NCBI RefSeq assembly: GCF_964194155.1 | Contig: NC_135901.1 | Location: forward strand, 21,266,001 to 21,330,000 | Length of the DNA stretch: 64,000 bases | DNA from: Cetorhinus maximus | Lineage: Eukaryota | Direction of reading: 5' to 3' | In this document: positions 51,301-59,580 of the stretch, piece after piece | Layout: each line of letters opens with the position of its first letter | Numbering within the stretch: position 1 is the stretch's first letter | The notes under the pieces: generated by a model | What the model saw: only the letters and a program-made list of their open reading frames with translations | What the model was told of the DNA's origin: nothing | The model's database searches: none | Translations under genes and position numbers: made by a program

Positions 51301-52555
51301 TTCTAAAGGGGAAATCGTGTTTAACTAACTTGCTAAAGTTCTTTGAAGAGGTAACAGAGAGGGTTAATGAGAGTAATCCTTTTGAACTGTTTATGGACTT
51401 TCAAAAGGCATTCAATACAGTGCTGCACAACAGACGTGAAAAATGTTATAGCTGATAGAATAAAAGGGACAATAGCAACGTGAATACAGAATTGGCTGAG
51501 TAATAGGAAACAGAGAGTAATGGTCAATGGATATTTTTCTGACTGGAGGAAGGTTTCTAGTGGAGTTCCCCAGAGGTCGGTATTGAGATCCTTGCTTTCT
51601 GTGACCAATATTAACGACCTAGATCTTAGTGTGCAGGGGAAAATTTCAAAATTTGCGGATGATACTAAACTTGGAAGCATTGTAAACTGTGAGTATAGAA
51701 CTTCAAAAGGACATGGACAAGGTGGTGGAGTGGGCAGACAGATGGCAGATGAAGTTCAATGTGGAGAAGTGTGAGATGATGCATTTTGATAGGAAGAACA
51801 TGGAGAGACAATGTAAAATAAGGGGTACAATTCTTAAGGGGGTGCAGGACCAGAGGGGCCTGGGTGTATATATGCATAGATCATTAAAGGTGGCAGGACA
51901 GGTGAAGAGAGCTGTTATTAAAGCATACAGTATTCTAGGTTTTTTAAACAGGGGCATAGAGTACAAGAACAAGGAGGTTATGCTGAACTAATATAAGACA
52001 CTAGTTAGACCTCATCTGGAGTATTGTGTACAGTTCTGGGTGTCACAGTATAGGAAGGATGTGAATGCATTTGAGAGAGAGTGAAGAAGAGGTTTACAAG
52101 AATGGTTCCAGGGATGAGAAACCTCAGTTATGAATATAGATTGGAGAGGTTGGGACTGTTCTCCTTGGAGAGGAGAAGGCTAAAAGGAGATTTAATAGAG
52201 ATGTTCAAAATCATGAGGGGCTGGATAGACTAGATAGGGATAAACTGTTCCTGCTCATAAAAGGATAGAGAACAAGAAGGCACTGATTTAAGGTGGTTTA
52301 CAAAAGAAGCAAATGTGATGTGAGAAAAAAACTTATTCACTCAGCGAGTGGTTGGAGTCTGGAATGTACTGCCTGGAAGTGTGTTGGAGGCAGGCTCAAT
52401 TGAGGCATTCAATAGGGCATTGGGTGATTATCTGAATAGAAACAATGTGCAAGGCGACAGGGAAAAGGCAGAGAGCGGCACTAAGTCATAATGCTCATTT
52501 GGAGAGCCAGTACAGGCAGGTTGGGCATCCCTCTGTGCCATAACAATTCTGTGTT
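48335..52555 (+). mobile_element. Near full-length CR1 LINE: ORF1 SGNH-esterase, APE endonuclease, RT, 3' UTR; decayed and interrupted by a PLE
   Basis: 'IVTGDSLV..VVVHVGTND..EGLHLN' (esterase); 'YVNARSI..AMTEIWL', 'HLGDSD' (APE); 'GVPQRSVL..KFADDTKL' (RT). Confidence 0.9.
50635..51298. mobile_element. PLE tail-out inverted repeat (left arm ~545 bp, right arm ~115 bp) inside the CR1 RT
   Basis: TSD ttttctaa(t/a)ggggaa at 50620-50634 and 51299-51313 duplicates the CR1 F-L-K-G codons. Confidence 0.85.
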
Positions 52556-52559
52556 TCTG

Positions 52560-53140
52560 TGATTATCAGAAGGGATTTGAGATCCCAGTTTGAGCTGGAA
52601 ACTCATGGGTAAAATCATGAAAAGGTCATTCACCAGCTCAATGTGGAAAAGACTCATAAAAAAGCCACATACTGCGGATGCTGGAAATCTGAAATAAAAA
52701 ATGCTAGAAAAACTCAGCAGGTTTGGCAGCATCTGTGGAGAGAGAAACAGAGTTAATGTTTCGAGTCCGTATGACTCTTCTTTAGAAGAAGTGATTCACT
52801 CGGTCACCCCATTCGCTGACACAGCAACACAGTTACACCTGAGAGAGGCCATTCAGATACTACATTTGTGCAAAGGGATTTACTCACTTTGCCCACCTGT
52901 TAACACTCCAGTTTTAAACGTTCAGAGGCTTTGATCCAAAATTGCTACATTCCTATTGACAACACAGAGTTTGAATGTTCTGTGTATGGGAAGAAAAGTC
53001 ACTTGTTCAAACTGCCGACTGAGAGTCCAGTGAGTTCACAACTAACCATAGGTGTATGTTCTGTTGTTAATTATACCGGGACAGAACTATGGTGGAGGGC
53101 GAGTACACTTTGGTTGCCGTTTCAATTGACTTAATAATTT
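52560..53140 (+). pseudogene. Highly decayed ZNF 3' end upstream of a promoter, with a PLE fragment at ~52656-52785
   Basis: Finger-like remnants 'gattcactcggtcaccccattcgctgacacagcaacacagttacacctgagagaggccattc'; homologous to 41000-41360 (-) and 25250-25450. Confidence 0.6.
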
Positions 53141-53145
53141 TACAT

Positions 53146-53400
53146 AACACAAACTCAGAAAGTGCTGGAAAAACTCAGCAGGTCTGACAGCATCTGTGGA
53201 GAGAGAAACAGACTTGACGCTTCAAGTCTGGATGATTCTTCTTCAGAGCTGAAGAAGAGTCAGCTCTGAAGAAGAGTCATACGGACTCGAAACATCAAGT
53301 CTGTTTCTCTATCCACAGTTGCTGTCAGAACTGCTGAGTTTTTCCAGCATTTTCTGTTTTTGTTTCAGATTTTCGGCATCCGCAGAATTTTGCTTTTATG
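53146..53400. mobile_element. Miniature PLE tail-out inverted repeat with canonical HHR core CTGAAGA at 53266
   Basis: TSD ataatttta(c/t)at at 53134-53145 and 53401-53412; empty site at ~25401. Confidence 0.8.
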
Positions 53401-54000
53401 ATAATTTTATATCTTGGCCCTGTGGCTCCAATCAGCATCGGATCACAAAACATAATTTTCTGCTGAACAAAATCACATTTCAATGGCAGCCTGTTTACCC
53501 AGCATTCGCCGCGGGGCGGAATGGACCCTATTCTTTTTACAAAACAAAAACAGAATTACCTGGAAAAACTCAGCAAGTCTGGCAGCATCGGCGGAGAAGA
53601 AATCAGTCAACGTTTCGAGCCTCCATGGCCCTTCGGCAGAACTGCAGCATAGTTTCAACAAGGGAGAAATATAAATTGGTTTAAGGTGGGTGGGGGGCGG
53701 GGGGGAAGAGACACATTGAGGGTGTGGTGTGAGCAGATAATAATCAAAAGATGTCAGAGACAAAAGGGTCAAAGAGGTGTTGAAGGTGGTGGTCTTTGTC
53801 TGAGAAAAGTGCTAATTAAGAATGGAAGACAGGATATTCAAAGTACAGCTCTAGTGGGGGTGGGGTGGAAAGACTAAAGGTTTTAGTTTTAGATTTAAAA
53901 ATAATGGAAATAGGTGGGGAAAGAAGAATCTATATAAATTATTGAAAAAAAGCGGGTGGAGGGGGAAAAGAAACGGGGTGGGGATGGGGGGAGGGGGAGT

Positions 54001-55281
54001 TTAAGATCTAAAGTTGTTGAATTCAATATTCAGCCCAGAGGGCTGTAAAGTGCCTAGTCGGAAGATGAGGTGCTGTTCCTCCAGTTTGCGTTGGGCTTCA
54101 CTGGAACAATGCAGCAAGCCAAGGACAGACATGTTGGCAAGAGAACAGGGTGGAGTGTTAAAATGGCAAGCGACAGGGAGGTTTGGGTCTTTCTTGCGGA
54201 CAGACCGCAGGTGTTCCGCAAAACGGTGGCCCAGTTTGCGTTTGGTTTCTCCAGTGTAGAGGAGACCGCATTGGGAGCAACGAATGCAGTAGACTAAGTT
54301 AGGGGAAATGCAAGTGAAATGCTGCTTCACTTGAAAGGAGTGTTTGGGCCCTTGGACGGTGAGGAGAGAGGAAGTGAAGGGGCAGGTGTTGCATCTTCTG
54401 CGTGGGCATGGGGAGATGCCATAAGTGGGGGTTGAGGAGTAGGGGGTGATGGAGGAGTGGACCAGGGTGTCCCGGAGGGAACGATCCCTACGGAATGCCG
54501 TCAAGGGGGGTGAAGGGAAGATGTGTTTGGTGGTGGCATCATGCTGGAGTTGGCGGAAATGGCGGAGGATGATCCTTTGAATGCAGAGGCTGGTGGGGTG
54601 ATAAGTGAGGACAAGGGGGACCCTATCATGTTTCTGGGAAGGAGGAGAAGGCGTGAGGGAGGATGCGCGGGATATGGGCCGGACACGGTTGAGGGCCCTG
54701 TCAACGACCGTGGATGGAAAACCTCGGTTAAGGAAGAAGGAGGACATGTCAGAGGAGCTGTTTTTGAAGGTAGTGTCATCAGAACAGATGCGACGGAGGC
54801 GAAGGAACTGAGAGAATGGGATGGAGTCTTTACAGGAAGCGGGGTGTGAGGAGCTGTAGTCGAGGTAGCTGTGGGAGTCGGTAGGCTTGTAATGGATATT
54901 GGTGGACAGTCTATCATCAGAAATTGAGACAGAGAGGTCAAGGAAGGGAAGAGAAGTGTCAGAGATGGACCATGTGAAGATGATGGAGGGGTGGAGATTG
55001 GAAGCAAAATTAATAAATTTTTCCAGGTCCCGACGAGAGCATGAAGCAGCACCGAAGTAATCATCGATGTACCGGAGAAAGAGTTGTGGGAGGGGGCCGG
55101 AGTAGGACTGGAACAAGGAATGTTCCACATACCCCATAAAGAGACAGGCATAGCTGGGGCCCATGCGGGTACCCATAGCCACACCTTTTATTTGGAGGAA
55201 GTGAGAGGAGTTAAAGGAGAAATTGTTCAGTGTGAGAACAAGTTCAGCCAGACGGAGGAGAGTAGTGGTGGATGGGGATTG
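54001..55281 (-). CDS. 5'-truncated PLE polyprotein (RT C-terminal half + GIY-YIG endonuclease), frame still open
   Basis: Part of ORF 54001..55398; no native start because the N-terminal ~39 aa come from the inverted arm. Confidence 0.8.
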   Translation of the reverse strand, partial: QSPSTTTLLRLAELVLTLNNFSFNSSHFLQIKGVAMGTRMGPSYACLFMGYVEHSLFQSYSGPLPQLFLRYIDDYFGAASCSRRDLEKFINFASNLHPSIIFTWSISDTSLPFLDLSVSISDDRLSTNIHYKPTDSHSYLDYSSSHPASCKDSIPFSQFLRLRRICSDDTTFKNSSSDMSSFFLNRGFPSTVVDRALNRVRPISRASSLTPSPPSQKHDRVPLVLTYHPTSLCIQRIILRHFRQLQHDATTKHIFPSPPLTAFRRDRSLRDTLVHSSITPYSSTPTYGISPCPRRRCNTCPFTSSLLTVQGPKHSFQVKQHFTCISPNLVYCIRCSQCGLLYTGETKRKLGHRFAEHLRSVRKKDPNLPVACHFNTPPCSLANMSVLGLLHCSSEAQRKLEEQHLIFRLGTLQPSGLNIEFNNFRS

Positions 55282-56354
55282 TTTTCCATCCACGGTCGTT
55301 GACAGGGCCCTCAACCGTGTCCGGCCCATATCCCGCGCATCCTCCCTCACGCCTTCTCCTCCTTCCCAGAAACATGATAGGGTCCCCCTTGTCCTCACTT
55401 ATCACCCCACCAGCCTCCGCATTCAAAGGATCATCCTCCGCCATTTCCGCCAACTCTAGCATGATGCCACCACCAAACACATCTTCCCTTCACCCCCCTT
55501 GACGGCATTCCGTAGGGATCGTTCCCTCCGGGACACCCTGGTCCACTCCTCCATCACCCCCTACTCCTCAACCCCCACTTATGGCATCTCCCCATGCCCA
55601 CGCAGAAGATGCAACACCTGCCCCTTCACTTCCTCTCTCCTCACCGTCCAAGGGCCCAAACACTCCTTTCAAGTGAAGCAGCATTTCACTTGCATTTCCC
55701 CTAACTTAGTCTACTGCATTCGTTGCTCCCAATGCGGTCTCCTCTACATTGGAGAAACCAAACGCAAACTGGGCCACCGTTTTGCGGAACACCTGCGGTC
55801 TGTCCGCAAGAAAGACCCAAACCTCCCTGTCGCTTGCCATTTTAACACTCCACCCTGTTCTCTTGCCCACATGTCTGTCCTTGGCTTGCTGCATTGTTCC
55901 AGTGAAGCCCAACGCAAACTGGAGGAACAGCACCTCATCTTCCGACTAGGCACTTTACAGCCCTCTGGGCTGAATATTGAATTCAACAACTTTAGATCTT
56001 AAACTCCCCCTCCCCCCATCCCCACCCCGTTTCTTTACCCCCCCCCACCCGCTTTTTTTTCAATAATTTATATAGATTCTTCTTTCCCCACCTATTTCCA
56101 TTATTTTTAAATCTAAAACTAAAACCTTTAGTCTTTCCACCCCACGCCCACTAGAGCTGTACTTTGAATATCCTGTTTTCCATTCTTAATTAGCACTTTT
56201 CTCAGACCACCACCTTCAACACCTCTTTGACCCTTTTGTCTCTGACATCTTTTGATTATTATCTGCTCACACCACACCCTCAATGTGTCTCTTCCCCCCC
56301 GCCCCCCACCCACCTTAAACCAATTTATATTTCTCCCTTGTTGAAACTATGCTG

Positions 56355-56395
56355 CAGTTCTGCCGAAGGGCCATGGAGGCTCGAAACGTTGACTG
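56355..56395 (+). ncRNA. Minimal type I hammerhead ribozyme motif (core variant CUGCCGA); mirror copy at 53604-53644 (-)
   Basis: CAGTT-CTGCCGA-A-GGGCC-ATGGA-GGCTC-GAAAC-GTT-GACTG; helix II covaries relative to the 25579 copy. Confidence 0.7.
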
Positions 56396-56669
56396 ATTTC
56401 TTCTCCGCCGATGCTGCCAGACTTGCTGAGTTTTTCCAGGTAATTCTGTTTTTGTTTTGTTTTGGATTTCCAGCATCCGCAGTAGCTTTTAGCTTTTTGT
56501 TTTTATCCCTATTCTTTTTATTCATTCACGGGATGTGGGCGGCTGGTTGAGAGGAGATCCTTGCGCAGGCGCAGTACCGGGCAGCGACAGGCACATGCGC
56601 AGTGTGAGCTCAAAGCGGAGCATGCGCAGTCCATAGAGTCCGGAGCTGACCGAAGGACTGAGAAATATC

Positions 56670-57068
56670 GAGAACAAAAACAAAAAGCTAAAAGCTACTG
56701 CGGATGCTGGAAATCCAAAACAAAAACAGAATTACCTGGAAAAACTCAGCAGGTCTGGCAGCATCGGTGGAGAAGAAATCAAATAACGTTTCGAGCCTTC
56801 ACGGCCCTTCGGCAGAACTGAAGCATAATTAGGAGAGGGGTGAAATATAAGCTGGGTTAAGGTGGGGGGGGAGAGAGAAGTTGAGGGTGGGGTGATTGTG
56901 GAGATAAGCAAGCAGTGATAGGAGCAGATAATCAAAAGATGTCACAGACAAAAGGATCAAAGAGGTGTTGAAGGTGGTGATATTTGTCTGAGAAAAGTGC
57001 TAATTAAGAATGGAAGACAGGACACTCAAAGTACAGCTCTAGTGGGGGTGGGGTGGAAAGACTAACAA
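56670..57068 (-). mobile_element. PLE 3' fragment with tail and HHR, inserted in the unit J first exon region
   Basis: Highly similar to the reverse complement of 56130-56506; promoter homology resumes on both sides. Confidence 0.85.
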
Positions 57069-57330
57069 GGTGAGTGAAGGGAGCCAGTGAGTGGGGAGGA
57101 ATGGAAGCGGCGGAGATGGCGGGGATCTTCATAAACACCCAGTAGAGTTATGAAACCGTGAATAAGAAGCTACCGGTCCTGCGGTTGCATCAAACGAGGC
57201 GGCGGCAGGTGGGGCCCGCTTTGCCTTCGTCGAGAGGCCCAAGTAAACGGCCGCCATTTGTATAGGGGACAATGTGCAGCAGGGCGCATGCGCCGCCGCC
57301 ATCTTTCTAGTGGGAAACGTGCAGCTGGAC

Positions 57331-59205
57331 TCAATCACACAGAGCAGAAGGGGCTCTTCGGCCCATCGGGTCTGCACATGAGAAACACCTGACCTACCTA
57401 CCTAATCCCATTTACCAGCACTTGGCCCATAGTTTTGAATGTTATGACGTGCCAAGTGCTCACCCAGGTACTTTTTAAAGGATAAAAGCAAAATACTGCG
57501 GATGCTGAAAATCTAGAACAAAAACAAAAATACCTGGAAAAACTCAGCATGTCTGACAGCATCTGCGGAAGAGGATACAGTTGACGTTTTCAGTCCGTAT
57601 AACCCTTCATCAAAACTAAAACATATAGAAATGAGATGAAATATAAGTTGGTAGAAGGGGGTGGGACAGGAGAGCTCGATAGGGGCCCAGTGATAGGTGG
57701 AGGCCAAGAAAAGATTTCCAGCTTTTAAAGGATGTGAGGCAACCCGCCTTCATCACCCTCCCAGGCAGTGCATTCCAGAACATCACCACCCTTTGGGTAA
57801 AAAAGTTTTTCCTCACATCCCCCCTAAACCTCCTGCCCCTCACCTTGAACGTATGTCCCCTCATGACTGACTCTTCAATTAAGGGGAACAGCTGCTCCCT
57901 ATCCACCCTGTCCATGCCCCTCATAATCTTCTACACCTCGATCAGGTCGCCCCTCAGTCTTCTCTGCTCCAACGAAAACAACCCAAGTCTATCCAACCTC
58001 TCATCATAACTTAAATGTTTCATCCCAGGCAACATCCTGGTGAATCTCCTCTGCACCCCATCCAGTGCAATCACATCCTTCCTATAATGTGGCGACCAGA
58101 ACTGCACACACTACTCAAGCTGTGGCTTCACCAAGGTTCTATACAACTCCAACATGACCTCCCTACTTTTGTAATCTATGTCTCGACTGATAAAGGCAAA
58201 TTCCCCATCTGCCTTTTTTACCACCCCACTGACATGCCCCTCCACCTTCAGAGATCTATGGACACACATGCCAAGGTCCCTTTGTTCCTCAGAACTTCCT
58301 AGTGTCATGCCATTCATTGAATACTTCCTTGTCAAATTACTCCTTCCAAAGTGTATCAACTCACATTTTTCAGAGTTAAATTACATCTGCCACTTATCTG
58401 CCCATTTAATCATCCCGTCTATATCTTCCTGTAGCCCAAGACACTCCCAAAGCAATTAGGAGAGCAAACAGGGGGTATGAGAAAGCTCTGGCTGGAAAAG
58501 CAGGGAAAATCCCAAGATATCCCAGAAGTAAATCAATAGGAAGAGGATAACCAGGAAAAGAGTAGGACCCATTAGGGACCAAGGGGGAAATCTATGGGTA
58601 GAGCCAGAGTGATGGTCTGGAATGTGCTGCCTGGGAGGGTGGTGGAGGCGGGTTGACTCACATCCTTTAAAAAGTACCAGGATGAGCACTTGGCACATCA
58701 TAACATTCAAGGCTATGGGCCAAGTGCTGGTAAATGGGATTAGGTAGGTAGGTCAGGTGTTTCTCACGTGTCGGTGCAGACTCGATGGGCTAAAGGGCCT
58801 CTTCTGTACTCTGTGATTAAGCTCCACCCTGCACTTTTTGTATTCCACTAATGCCTCCACTGATTTGCTCCCCTTGTACCTGCTAAAAGCCTCTCTTTTC
58901 CCTCTCATTGTATCCTGAATATCTCTGGTCATCCATGGTTCTCTCAGCTTGTTACTCCTTCCTATCATCCTAGAGGGAACATGTTGAGCCTGTACCCTTC
59001 CCATTTCCTTTTTGAACGCCCCCTACTGCTCTTCTGTAGATTTCCCCACAAGTAGCTGTTCCTCGTCTACCTTGGCCAGATCCTGCCTTATTTTACGAAC
59101 ATCTGCTCTCCTCCAATCCAAAACATTTTTTTTGCAACTTGTCTATTTCTTTGTCCAAAACAAGCTTAAATTGTACCATGTTGTGGTCACTATCACTAAA
59201 GTGCC
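57331..59205. mobile_element. Rearranged CR1 complex with two 3' tails, containing a PLE 3' fragment (57482-57720, -)
   Basis: The same CR1 tail occurs at 57335-57480 (-) and 58608-58817 (+); the PLE is flanked by a 'ttttaaaggat' duplication. Confidence 0.8.
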
Positions 59206-59224
59206 CCCCACATGTGTGTTCATC

Positions 59225-59580
59225 CCTTTCCCTGTCAGCAGGAGGAGAGAATATTGTGAATGTCTATCCTGGACTGACAGGGATGGATTTTGGAAACTCT
59301 TTTTACAGGGGTTAAAAGGGGAGGATTTACACACACTAAATGTAAACTAAGAGAAATGTATTTTTCCTCTGAATGTCTATCCTGGACTGACAGTCATGGA
59401 TTTTGGAAATTTCTTTTCCAGGGTATTAGAGGCAGAGGATTGATGGACGGGAAACTTAAACCAAACATCACATCAAGATCTGACAGAGTCATGTTATTCG
59501 TCAGGACCTGAATAGCATCAAACTTTTAATGTGGAAGGTAAACAACTTATCTGTTCTACCTGTGTGCAAAGATTTCAAGT
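59225..59580 (+). pseudogene. Tandem acceptor units, leader and truncated first finger (remnant exon)
   Basis: Two copies of 'gaatgtctatcctggactgacag..atggattttggaaa..ctttt.cagg', then the family leader. Confidence 0.7.

Larger units (their letters stand above)
53540..56506. mobile_element. Young Penelope-like element (Neptune-like Cys linker), tail-out inverted repeat (left arm - 53540-55281; right arm + 55281-56506)
   Basis: RT 'GVAMGTRMGPSYACLFMG..RYIDD', linker 'CPRRRCNTC', GIY-YIG 'LVYCIRCSQCGLLYIGETKR..RFAEH'; arms nearly identical; perfect TSD ccctattcttttta at 53526-53539 and 56507-56520. Confidence 0.95.
53475..57330 (+). promoter_or_regulatory. Promoter/first exon of unit J, fragmented by insertions (53475-53539, 56520-56670, 57070-57330)
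   Basis: CAATGGC..TTTACCCAGCATTCGCCGC; CATGCGC repeats; GCCGCCATTT and GCCGCCATCTT; colinear with the 40550-40990 promoter. Confidence 0.75.

Noticed and set aside
41387-53400. Short inverted-repeat elements as MITEs or DNA transposons
   Set aside because: Arms are PLE 3' ends with HHR remnants and unequal termini, not true TIRs.
54001-55398. 465-aa ORF as a complete PLE gene
   Set aside because: The N-terminal ~39 aa come from the antisense of the inverted right arm; the true RT N-terminus is missing.
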